A stretch of 64,000 nucleotides of DNA from Octopus vulgaris (lineage: Eukaryota), in NCBI GenBank assembly GCA_951406725.2, contig OX597820.1, positions 125,736,001 through 125,800,000 of the forward strand, written 5' to 3'. Positions 41,094 through 54,059 of this stretch are shown in pieces. The position numbers and the translations under genes were made by a program. Numbering within the stretch: position 1 is the first letter of the stretch; each line of letters begins with the position of its first letter. Below the pieces are notes generated by a model. That model saw only the letters and a list, made by a program, of their open reading frames with translations, made no database searches and was not told the DNA's origin.

Positions 41094-42308
41094 TTGTAGC
41101 AAAGAATAAAGATTGCTAAAGTTGTATAAGTAAAAGGAATAGTTTTATTCATCAAAGTATACACCCGTATTGTCAATACACTTTTGCCATTTCAGCGTAG
41201 CTTGTCCAGCCTGGCAATCTAGAATCAGTAGAATCTTGGTAGGCCTGTTTTATAGCATCGTCGGAATTAATTTTTTTCCCTATCAAAAAGTTATCCAAAT
41301 CTGGAAGAAATGGTAGTTAGTGGTGTCAAGATCAGGTGAGTATGGTGGATAATGGAGAACCTCCAACTCCAACTCCTGTATTTTCGCCAATGTCATTTTT
41401 GTGATGTGTTGTCTGACGTTGCCTTACAATAAAATAGGAGTGGATATGTTGACTAATCTAGGCTTTTTTTTTTTTGTATGTTTCTGCATTATTTGGTCCA
41501 GGTGGCTGCAGTATACTTCGGCCGTGATTCATGAGCCAGGTTTAATGAAATCATAATGGATCACACCTGCGCCAGACCACCAGACACACACGATCAGCTT
41601 CTTTTGATGAATTTTGCATTTTGGACTGTGTTTTGGTGACTCGTCTTTGTCAACCCATTGTGCTGAACATTTACGGTTGTTGTATTGGATCCATTTCTCA
41701 TCACATGTTACAATTCGAATCAAAAATGATTCATTTTTGTGACGAAAAAGTAGCATAATGCAGGCTTCCAAACGCTTCTGTTTCTGATTTTCATTGAGCT
41801 CATGTGTAACCCACTTGTCCAACTTTTTCACTTTACCGATTTGGACTAGTTGAGTCAGTATTGTTTGTTTGCTAACACCAAACAACACCGATAATTCACG
41901 GGCAGTTTGAGATGCATCTGCTTCGTCGGTGGCTTTCAGTTCGTCATTACCCACCTTTGTTTCTGGCCGACCGCGTTGCTCACTTGTGAAGTCAAAGTTA
42001 CCTGAACGAAATTTTGCAAATCAATTTCATATTATCTACTGTGTAATAACATTAGAATGAAATACTCCAATAATATTACGAGCTGTATTTCCAAGAAAGA
42101 ACTCATATTTCTAAACTGTGCGAATTTCCATTTTATCCATCTCTAGACAAAACTAGTAGGAAAGCGCAAAATGAGTTATAATAAAGAAATAAATGAGTTA
42201 GCTTTCTAACAAAAAATAAAGATTATCAAAATATAATAATGGCACAAAATGAGCAGCTGTCAAAGTTTACGATATACCTTACCACAAATTTCATACTTGA
42301 CGACCTAA
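41086..42308 (-). mobile_element. Mariner (Mos1/Hsmar1-like) element with pseudogenised transposase
   Basis: WVTHEL, VTCDEKW, CVWWS..GVIHY and HPPYSPDL motifs. Right TIR reads TTAGGTCGTCAAGTATGAAATTTGTGG on the minus strand; partial left TIR TATGAAATTTGTAGC. Confidence 0.88.
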
Positions 42309-42359
42309 CACTTTTTGAAGTATAAAGGTGATATTTTTATAAATTATGTTTATTTTAAA

Positions 42360-42466
42360 ACACACACTCGAAAAAACGTCTTCCCCAAAATGTTTAGTAA
42401 CATCCTCAAACAAATTTTGAGGATGTTACTAACCATTTTGGGGTAGACGTTTTTTCGAGTGTGTGT
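42360..42466. repeat. Near-perfect palindrome with ~50-bp arms
   Basis: ACACACACTCGAAAAAACGTCTTCCCCAAAATGTTTAGTAACATCCTCAAA / short loop / TTTGAGGATGTTACTAACCATTTTGGGGTAGACGTTTTTTCGAGTGTGTGT. Confidence 0.9.
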
Positions 42467-42518
42467 ACGCTTTCGTTAAACCCTTATAAACACACGTACT
42501 CTTAAAGAGGAAGTTATA

Positions 42519-42648
<130 letters not shown>

Positions 42649-42797
42649 CAAAAAGCAATAAAGATTCAAGTTAATTTAAATGAATTTACTTGAATAAGGT
42701 ACCTAACTTAGATGCACCAAAACAAACTATACTGTTTTAACAATACAGTAATGTGGGGTGATTATAAGCGAGAAAGAAGCAACAAGAATGGATAGGT

Positions 42798-42888
42798 TTT
42801 TAGTACAATCGTTTCATACAAGGGCAGGTTTTATTAAAAGTTGCAAAAATTACAGCATATAAACGTGTCCTGTACTCATCAGCTAAAA
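42798..42888 (-). ncRNA. Type I hammerhead ribozyme (copy 1)
   Basis: Reverse complement of 43408-43498. Confidence 0.78.
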
Positions 42889-43407
42889 TACATGTGAGTT
42901 CTCTAGACATCCTATTGGTTGAGGCTATACTCATGAAGTAGATAATTAAGTAACATAAACAGATTTCCAAAGTTCATTAAAGTTCTTTAAAGATGATGTA
43001 CAGTCTTATCACAGAATTTTAAAAAAGTTTTAACAGCATCACAGAGAAGGTGACCTAATCCATAGTGCACATATGAATTTCCAGAGATATGATGAGGGAT
43101 TACATACTCACAGACGACAAATTTATCCATTGTTAATCACAACGAGGTGGGTCTCAGTTCCTGCTTATTAGCATTACAGAGAGGGTGAATTAATCCTTTG
43201 TATAGATGCACAATTTCCAATGGTGTAGATGTAAATTTCCAGGGAAATGAAGAGGAATTTCATATTCACAGGCGATAAATTTATCAATGGTTGAACACAT
43301 CATCTTTAAAGAACTTTAATGAACTTTGGAAATCTGTTTATGTTACTTAATTATCTACTTCATGAGTATAGCCTCAACCAATAGGATGTCTAGAGAACTC
43401 ACATGTA

Positions 43408-43498
43408 TTTTAGCTGATGAGTACAGGACACGTTTATATGCTGTAATTTTTGCAACTTTTAATAAAACCTGCCCTTGTATGAAACGATTGTACTAAAA
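43408..43498 (+). ncRNA. Type I hammerhead ribozyme (copy 2)
   Basis: Helix I TTTTAG/CTAAAA; core CTGATGA (43414-20); helix II GTACAGG/CTTGTAT; GAAA (43481-84); short near-palindromic helix III ACGATTGT; cleavage triplet GTA (43490-92). Confidence 0.8.
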
Positions 43499-43531
43499 AC
43501 CTATCCATTCTTGTTGCTTCTTTCTCGCGTA

Positions 43532-43608
<77 letters not shown>

Positions 43609-44184
43609 TACGTTATATAATTAGGTTTCAGTAAAACATTTACTTTATCACATGACGAACTTTTAGAAATAGCAGCCAAAAAGTTTAGCTATTTCCTCTA
43701 CTATAAGAAAAAGTCTCCCAGACGATGTATACTCAAAAGTAATTCACGTAGGTATAGAGAGAAAAATAACGAAAGGTCACACTTACATTGATTACTTGAG
43801 AACGCCGTTTCTGGATTAGTTGGATATAGAGATCAACATTTCCGTCATGAGCCCAAGATTTCTTTTGGTTTGAATTTGAGAGCACTAAAAATCGAACATA
43901 CGCGTCTGATATGAGTAATCCCAGACAAATCATTTTCGACTGCCAGTACTAACGAATTCAAAAAGTACGAATGAGGCTACGCATTCTTCCCCGTCCATCC
44001 ACGTGAGTTATAGAGCAACAAATCGCTACAGAGGGATCTGCGGTTTATTATCAGGGAGAAAGAATGATATTGTCAACAATAAAAAGGTAAAATTAATTAA
44101 TTATTTTTACATACTGAACACTACTTGGTAAAATTATTAATTAATAATTGAATAATTTTACCCTATTATTATTGACTATATATA

Positions 44185-45558
44185 TATAAATTCTCCCCCT
44201 TTGCTTTGCCTTCCCCTCTCTCTCTCTCTCTTTCTCTCTCTGCCTCACCCATCTCTCTAGCCGCGTGTATTCCTCTATCTGTCTCTCCCTCTCTCTCCCA
44301 CTCCTCCTCACTTTCGTCACTGCTAATCCTTTCGTCTGTTGCATTCAGGCCCTAAGGTCATGTTTCCCAGCACTCGCCAATTACCTTCTCGTCCCCGCCA
44401 GAAAAAAGGCCTTCGTTCGTCTTTTTCGTTTGTTCTCTTGTTTATTTTGATTTCTCGTATTGTAATCTAATTCTTGTTTTGTATTTTCTTGTACATGTAT
44501 CTTTATTTTGTATTTTTTCTTCTATGTATTTTTTTGTGTTACATTTTTTCTTGCTCGTTTTACCCCTCTACGAGGTTATTTTATTTTAATTCTCCCGTAG
44601 GAAGGCCTAGCATGACAGACGTGTCCTGTCTTGCCTTCGAAACACGCTATGTCTGCTAGCAACAGCTGATGAAGGGGATTTTTCCTTGTGCAGCATGTCC
44701 TGTACGTCGTTTTTCTGCTGTACATAATTGTTTTTCCCGTTTTCGTTTCCGTCTTGTTCCACGTCTCTGTCCTTCTGTTGTAACAAAATGGCTTTTCCGT
44801 TTTCGTTTCTGTTGTTTTTTACGTCTTCTTGTGGTGTCCTGTACGTATATATATTTATATATGCATGTATATATACATGTAGATGTCGGTACGTACATAA
44901 ATGTTTGTATGTATGCATATATTTTATTCATTACACTGTATATATATTTCTGCGTGCATACGAGAAAAGGCATGACTAATGGGCTTTTTCATCCTCGTTT
45001 ATCTCCCCTGTACCATTTCCTCTGTCTCTGATTTTTTTCTCATTTTTCAATCCCGCTACTCCCTGCCCCTCTCTCCTCATGCCACGTGACCGGTTTCCGG
45101 ACACCCATGATCTTTCTTTCTTGGCCTGGCTGCCGACCGTCAACACCTCTTATGTCCATCTCCTATGTTCCTGCCTTTTGGCTTTCACTTCATACACGCC
45201 AGATCAATTTGATTCGTTCTCAGTTAAAATATGCTGGTTGTTTGTGTTTGTAATCGTGTAACATGTTCTTCTTTTTTGCCTTGTTGGCGTACATTCGCTA
45301 GCTTTCTTACAGAAAAGTCTATTACTCTTAGCTTAGACCTTTTTTTTTTCGGGTGGGGGCAACCTGATCGAACTATTTCAAGTGTAACTGCCCGTAACAG
45401 TAAGTACTTCTGGTATACTTGACTGAGGAAATAAGGCCACGATTGACCCGGTTTTTTGTTGTTTTTTTTCATGTCCTTCTAATACTTGTTTCTCTTGTCC
45501 GCCTTTGTATCACTTATTTGTGCGAATGTTTTATTGTCCTCCATTGCGTTTTGGTTCC

Positions 45559-45562
<4 letters not shown>
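44185..45562 (+). mobile_element. Two adjacent pyrimidine-rich repeats bounded by (TA)n, possibly Penelope-like termini
   Basis: Second unit is homologous to 25460-25790 (shared CATTCGCT(A)GCTTTCTT, GACTGAGGAA, TTTGTATCAC); structured hammerhead-like cores at 44563-44677 and 45301-45432. Confidence 0.45.
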
Positions 45563-45610
<48 letters not shown>

Positions 45611-45705
45611 GTGTGTGTATATGTGTGTGTAGAATAGATATATATAAATTACGATCCTGTAATGAACCATGTGTACTTTACCTGTACCAAATTGTTCCAG
45701 TCTTC

Positions 45706-45740
<35 letters not shown>

Positions 45741-46815
45741 GTGTGTGTGTGTGTGTGTGTGCTGAGATATATACAGTCACACACACAAACACAGAAAGTG
45801 TGTTCACATTGAGAGTATGTACAAAAAAGGACAGTTTAATTTGAAAATATCAGTTAATGAAAAGTAATGTAAAGTAGCATTTTATTGAGAAACATAGTCA
45901 TACGTTTAATAGATTAAGAGAACATGTGGAATTGAAGAGTGTATGGAAGCTAAGCAGCAGTGAAACATTAAACGATTACGTTTTCAGTTAATTTGAACAA
46001 TGTATGGAGGCCGGACAATCGAACAACTGTTTTCGTTTTCTAAATTACAACTTTTCACAGGACTATCGAGAGAATAAAAACAAAATCAAGAAACTGTTGT
46101 CAGACGGAACTGAAATATACATGCATACGTATTTTAAAGTCAATGTACATTTAACCAGAGCTGATAGGATCTAAATATTTGCTAAGTTTCTTCCTTTCTA
46201 TACAAAAGTTTTCTGTAGTGTTTTATAATTGTAAAAGTGTAGGAAATTAAAAATAGGAAGTCTGATGCAGCCATGAGTGAATGTCCGTATTAAATGAATG
46301 TGCACGGTTTGTGCATTTGTGGCTACTTTGCAAATATGTTGGTATATATATTTTCCTTTATTTTACTTGTGACTCTTTGCAGATTCTTTCCTTGGCACTA
46401 ATCAATAGATTTATTTATTTATTTATTTACTCTTCTGGTTTATTTTAGATTAATGCTTGATGGAAATCTAAGCTGTTGAAGTGGATCACACAACACTCAA
46501 AAATACTTCAATATATGAACCCAAATACGCCTCTTTCATTCGTTTGCCTTGAATGGAGCCGAATCAAAATACTTTAAATAATATATGCATGTATGCATGC
46601 GTGGTCACGTATGTATGTGTGCACGCGCGGGCGAGTACGTATTTATAGATATGTTTATGTATATGCATGCGAATATGTATATAACCCTCTAAATCTCAAG
46701 TTATATATGCCTTCACTATCGCAGTTAAACTTTCTCTACTCCCAAGCATTTATGAGTCTATCTTTGTTTTACACACTCCAGTATTTCTCGCAAGCCGTCC
46801 ACTCTGCATCTAGTG

Positions 46816-46922
<107 letters not shown>

Positions 46923-47169
46923 TCTCTCTCCGATAATGGAACTGGTAACTACGTATATCCTTTATTAAGGCTATTTCTTAATTCCTCCTCTCTGAAGGTG
47001 GAATAGTTGACAGTTATATGGAAGTCTTTGGTCAATGAGATTTGCAGAGCTATTCCAGAAACAACTGTAAAAGACTTTATGCATCACTTCTTAATCCCTT
47101 TATTTTTTCACAAACAACTCTGCCAATTATACTTGAATTATAAATTCCATTGTCTGGAGTGTTATCAAA

Positions 47170-47329
47170 TTGTGTGGCCTGTGGCTGTGCAGAAAGAAAC
47201 TTGCTTCCCAACGACATCGTTTCGGGTTCAGTTCTACTCTCTCCTTGAGCGAAGTGTCTTCTACTATAGCTGCAGTCCAACCAAAGGCTTATGAATGGAT
47301 TTGGTAGATAGAAACTGAAAGAAGCTCGT

Positions 47330-47368
<39 letters not shown>

Positions 47369-47590
47369 GTAACTTTACGTCTGTGCTTGTCCCCCCGCTA
47401 TCGCTTGACAACCGATGCTGTCATTTTTAGGTCCCCGTAGCCTAGGGGTTCGGCAAAAGAGACCGATAGAATAAGTACTAGAGTTACAAAGAAGTGGTCC
47501 TAGGATCGATTTCTTCGACTAAGACCCCTTTAAGGCGGTGCTCCAGCATGGCAGCAGTCAAGTGACAGACACAAGCAGACGAATAAAAGA
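47170..47590 (+). mobile_element. SINE, dominant family
   Basis: Head GTGGCTGTGC...GGGTTCAGTT; tail GGCGGTGCTCCAGCATGGCAGCAGTCAAGTGAC. Confidence 0.8.
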
Positions 47591-47766
47591 CTAAATATAG
47601 AACTGGGCTATATACATATTCCGATACATACATAAATATTCGTACATAGAAATTAATATTTGTATACTGTAACTTTCATTAGTATCTATGTACAAAAGTA
47701 ACATACGAATGATAAATAATTTATTTGCTTCTCTGTCTCCTTCCCTACTTCTCTCTTACTCTTTCT

Positions 47767-47818
<52 letters not shown>

Positions 47819-48345
47819 TACTCTTTCTCTTTCATACGCACACACAAACTTACAAATACGTTTGCTCGAAATTTAATTCCAGTCAAACTATGATACATAC
47901 ACTTGACCTAGAGGAAATATAGCTACTTTCTACAGATGTGGTCAACTCCGCCTTTAGATAGAAAACAAAAGAAAGCAATGGCACAACAACAGACATAATG
48001 ATAAAGTAGTGGCTTATACCACCTCTCGGATAATTGCATTAATTTTTCAGTTCACTCAGAGGTTTTCTGTAATACCTTTAATCACAAATTAGATAAGTAC
48101 AGATAATTACAGACAAACTAGCTTCAAATAATACACTCGGAAAAGTTGATTCGGCTACAGTTAATTAGATAACATGACGAAAACAATATATGTGTAATAT
48201 ACAAATATGTCATTTATTATTATACACACAAATCTATATATACATACACATTCACACACGCGCACACACATACGTACACACACATATATATGTAAGCATG
48301 AATGTATTATAAAATATATATATAAATAATATATATATGTTTATG

Positions 48346-48458
<113 letters not shown>

Positions 48459-49235
48459 ATGTATGTATATATGCATATATATATATAAATGTATATATGT
48501 ATATATATATATATATATATATGTGTGTATGTATATATATATATATATAATATGTAATGATATATTTATTTTAGACGGCACTTCAATCGCCGAAAGCATG
48601 GCCAGTGCAACACAAATACAAAGCTAGTAACTATATCATATGAATTCAATTCCAACTGTGCTAATAGAGTCTAGCATAGTGTTAAATGGATATTCAGACT
48701 TTGAAACAACGCTAACAACAGACTAAGTTTTTAAAATTATTCTTTTATCATCTTTATTCTTCAGTTAAATGTTATGCTGTTGAATAATTGTGATAATTCG
48801 CCGTGTGGCAAGGTTACGTAATTTTCTGAACTGGAAATAGGAAATAGAATCCCCCAGATCCAATTTCTATCCACCTATGATTTCTTTACCCACGTTTTAT
48901 CCGTAGTCCATCGGCAATACAAATGGAGATGAACTACGGTTCATCCACTGAACGGTCTTACAATCATTAAAACAGCCATGTTGTTTCTCTACCACCTGTA
49001 CAATAGCTGCCACGTAATGAAAACTCATTTGAAGTCCACTTGTCACGCGATCTCTTCCGAAGGCTGAGGTTAAACACCCCTATGATAACCTTCATATGGC
49101 CGCAAATTGTTACCCTCACAAACTACAACAGTCCCTTCATCATACCGGCTACTTTTTCAAATGAACCGATTCCCTAAGCTAATATCGTTTTTACCTGGTC
49201 TATCCGATACAGTCTTTACTTCATGTCTCTTCGTA

Positions 49236-49275
<40 letters not shown>

Positions 49276-49316
49276 TCGTCTCTCCCTCTCTTTATACACA
49301 CACATATATATATATG

Positions 49317-49405
<89 letters not shown>

Positions 49406-49448
49406 AGCTTATAACACACATATATAATATGATATATATATATATATG

Positions 49449-49510
<62 letters not shown>

Positions 49511-49825
49511 TATATATATAACGGGAAGCTTTATGAAAATAGACAAAAGACGAAGGCAGGTGGAAAACAAACAAACAATTGTATTAGTATGGCGCTCAGG
49601 AAATATAAATAAAACAAGTCTTTAACGTTTCGAGCCTACGCTCTTCAACAGAAAGATACACAGAGAGAAAAAAAAAACACAGAAAGAAGGAGAGAAAAAA
49701 ATGGTGCAGTAACTAACGAATCAACATGGCGATCTGATTTCGGTCAGAAATCAAAGATCAAACGTGAGACGCGAGAGCGAAATTAGGGGAGATAATAGTG
49801 TTGAGTGACCAGCTCCAACATAAGG

Positions 49826-49857
<32 letters not shown>

Positions 49858-50044
49858 GCGAAGGACTATGAAGTAAGACAGAATGAGGATGGTAGAAAGC
49901 GAAGTAACGAAGATTTCGACTTCATACTACACACCTATGCGAAAGATAAACTGCTCACAACTCCAAATCGTTGTCGTGGCTGTGGTAGTTTATCTTCAGA
50001 TCAATTCTAATCGTAACTGCACTGTATATCTAACACTATGCAAT

Positions 50045-50867
50045 ATAGTAAACAATATGTATCTGGACTCTTGCCAAAGGAACGAAGCCGTTTATCGCAG
50101 ATGAAACCCTATTGTGCATGCGCAATAAATTTTAAGATTCTAGCTCACTTCCGCTGTTTACAGCAGCACATGGAAAGAAAGGGTGCAGCGTGTGATCGTC
50201 GCATTCACCATGACAGAGAACTCTGAGCAGAGAATCTGCCTCAGATTTTGCCAAAAGTTTGGCAATACTTGCCTTCATCCTCCTCGTCAAAATCTTGCGC
50301 AGCTGAAACCGGAGCTTTTTTGGTCAGCTGAAAGCAGTTTTGGCACGAAATTGGTAGACAGAGAGTCTTATACCTAAATCTTCAGTGATAGTGGACTGAA
50401 CCGTAAATAATCTACTCACCCTCTGATAACTCAGGGATTGTGACTTGACGATTTCCCCTCACAGCTGCACGGACATGCGTGAAGATTTTCTCAGTTCTAT
50501 TTGTTGCTGGTCTCCCAGAACGGTCGTCAATATCGACATTTTTCGGCTCTCTTGGAAACGTCTGAACGACTCGTACATTTGTCTGCTGCTCATATATTCC
50601 ATTCATACATTTTCTGCAACTTTGCGTAGGCCTCCGAGCAGGTATCACCATGACATCATTCTCTGTTATGGTCAATGCAACGATCACACGCTACACACCT
50701 TCATTCCAGGCGTTGTTGTAAATGGTGGAAGTGATCTACAACATTGCAACTTAGTGGACATGTACAACAGACATCAAAGTCAGTCTGTGCCTAGCGGCTT
50801 TAATCTGTGTGATTTAGCTTCGTTACTATGGCAACAATCCGGATACTTATTGATTAAACTTCGTATG
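50045..50867. mobile_element. Two convergent mariner 5' halves
   Basis: Plus strand MTENSEQRICLRFCQKFG from ~50209; minus strand DDRSGRPAT...VRGNRQVTIPELSE; related TIR/UTR sequence at both outer ends. Confidence 0.7.
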
Positions 50868-51284
50868 TGACGTGATTAATACAAGCTAATTTCGTATAAA
50901 TGTATTTATTAATTATATAATCATGTTGCCAAATAATTTACGATAAACAAATTTCTCTAATAATTAGAAAGAAGTATCAGTTTGTAATTTATCTAACAGT
51001 AATGGAGTCCTTTTCGTAGACAGACGGGTCAAAGTTACTTGTCCTGGGAAGTGAAAATATCCAGTGATAAAACGTATCAACGCAGTCACTCACTTTGCCT
51101 CCCATGAGGACGAAAAATAACATGACTACATGTATTCTGACTTGTTTACATTTCACACCTGAGGCATTATAACAGGAGGTCTACATTAAATATAGATGTT
51201 ATAACTACACGAAGTTAGAAGGCAGTTTGTACATAAAAAATACGTAATGATTATATGGTAATGCATGCATGCGTATACATACAA

Positions 51285-51327
<43 letters not shown>

Positions 51328-51431
51328 AACACATCCCCACCAAACATACAGATATATATATATATGTATATATATGTATGTACGTATGTATGTATGTATG
51401 ATAATATATATACATACATCATACATCATAC

Positions 51432-51494
<63 letters not shown>

Positions 51495-52549
51495 TTTGTA
51501 CTGTTTATAAATATATACTGCTTATTGTATATGCTTATCGTAGAAGCAGGTGTAAGGAAATAAGTATTACTCATACCATATCTGTAGAATATATTTAGAT
51601 ATTTAGACATTTTCTTGTTTGGATTTTTCTCTCGTGTAAAAGCATCTCGTAATTTATTATTATTCATAATTATTCTTTGAATACTGGCCGTCAAGAATAC
51701 TTTTGAACATAAATGTGTATCATATTTCCACAAATTCAGTGTACCTAGGAATATAATCCCATCTTGAGATATTTTCGAGGCTTTCTATAGCTGGAATAAT
51801 ATGAGATTAACATATATAACTTGATTTTTTTTTTCAGCCACATTTTACTTTCAGTCGACTTTATATACCAGTGTGATATTGCTCTAAACCGGTTATTTTA
51901 CTTTATACATTTTCATCAAGCTTTCAGGTAAAATCTCGCACAGTGCTGTAAGTGCCATAAGTATATAACATCATATATTTTGCGAGGCATAAGGAGAGGC
52001 TACATATAGTTTTTTTGCTAAAATACCAGCTGAATTATAGCTTCAGATACTTCCCATCTTGAAAAGGGTGCATGGCATTCAGATTTATATTTTCGGTTCT
52101 CTATTTTAGAGAAGTTAGGGTGCTTAGAAATAGAAAACATTTTCACTTAGCCATGTATACTCAATAAGAGAAAGCCACTAAGGATCCGGAAGAAACAACA
52201 CAATATAAGCAGAAAGTACAAATTATGTTGTCCATCTCTACCAAATTCTGCATTATTTCTATATTAAGCGGGTTCGATCTTCATCGATATTCGATGATTT
52301 AGTTTTTTGCAATGAAGAAAAATATTACTCAGACATTGTATAATTTTTCGTTCATTAATTTAATGAAATTGGAAAAAATGGTTTGTATTTCATTAAAATT
52401 GATTGCTGCTATGTTACTTACTCTTAATATTTGTACATTTAGTTTCAACACGGCTGCATTTTATCTGACCAAATTAATTAGTGATGTATCAATTATATTT
52501 AGTAAGATTTGCGTGAATATAAAAAATGGTACTGATAGATAATTAGATT

Positions 52550-52907
<358 letters not shown>

Positions 52908-52943
52908 GTTGGAAAACTACATGAGAAAAATATGATTTGTATT

Positions 52944-53133
52944 CTTTTAGATGTTTCAGTCATTTAACTGCGGCCATGGTGGACCCCAGGATTTATTCTT
53001 TGTAAACTTAGTACATATTCAATCGTATCTTTTGCCGAACTACTAAATTGCGGGGATGTAAACACACCAACATAGGTTGTCAAGCAATGGTGGAGAACAC
53101 TCAATCTCACACACTCACACGCGCAAGAACACG

Positions 53134-53216
<83 letters not shown>

Positions 53217-53219
53217 GTA

Positions 53220-53297
<78 letters not shown>

Positions 53298-53447
53298 CAT
53301 ACGACGGGCTTCTTTCAGTTTCAGTCTACCAAATCCACTTACAAGTGTCTAAGCGGCCCGAGGCTATAGTAGAAAACACTTGCCCAATGTGCCACACAGT
53401 GAGACGGAACCCGCATAGCTTCTCACCACACAGCCACATCTGCGCCT
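52944..53447 (-). mobile_element. SINE, dominant family, with expanded internal (TA)n
   Basis: Colinear similarity to 21903-22305. Confidence 0.8.
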
Positions 53448-53595
53448 ATACATGCATATATATATATATATTTATATATATGTATATATATATATATATT
53501 ATACATAAGGATAAGATCGATATTAAATATTGATCTTATCAAGACGCCAGCATCAGAATAAAAACCTTATAAAGGTAATAATTATCTAAATCTAT

Positions 53596-54059
53596 AAATT
53601 AGACTATCTGAGAGATACCACCACGCTAAAATAGCAGTCAAAACCTGACCCTAAAGCAACGATAAATGTTCATATACCACTTGGCGAGTAGAGAGAGAGA
53701 CGAAATAAACTAGCAAAAACATTTTACTGGATAATTTCTGGCTTTCCATAAGAAATACCCTACCTTCTTCAGTGGAATATACCAGATAGCACATAAATAC
53801 AGACGTATATATATATATACAGAACATACGTTATACTTACATATACGAACGCCCATACATACATATACATGCACGTATGTACACGACCAGCTTATATTGC
53901 CCGCCTAACAGCTCCCGTTCGATATGGTCAAAATAAACAGTGCAGTGAAAACAGTCTCTCTCTCTACTCTCTTAGTGCTATATGAACATTTAATCTGGCT
54001 TTAGGTTCATGTTTTGACTGCTATTTCAGCGTGGTGTTATCTCTCAGATACCCTAATTT
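53596..54059. repeat. Inverted repeat with ~60-bp arms (53596-53657 / 53998-54059) around a hammerhead-like motif
   Basis: TATCTGAGAGATACCACCACGCTAAAATAGCAGTCAAAACCTGACCCTAAAGC vs GCTTTAGGTTCATGTTTTGACTGCTATTTCAGCGTGGTGTTATCTCTCAGATA. Confidence 0.8.

Larger units (their letters stand above)
42650..43530. mobile_element. Penelope-like non-autonomous element with an inverted terminal duplication, inserted in (TA)n
   Basis: 232-bp inverted arms at 42768-42999 and 43297-43528, each with a hammerhead; (TA)n on both flanks. Confidence 0.7.

Noticed and set aside
43710-43760. CAGACGA...AAAAGT...GTA hammerhead-like spacing
   Set aside because: Several core mismatches and no convincing helices.
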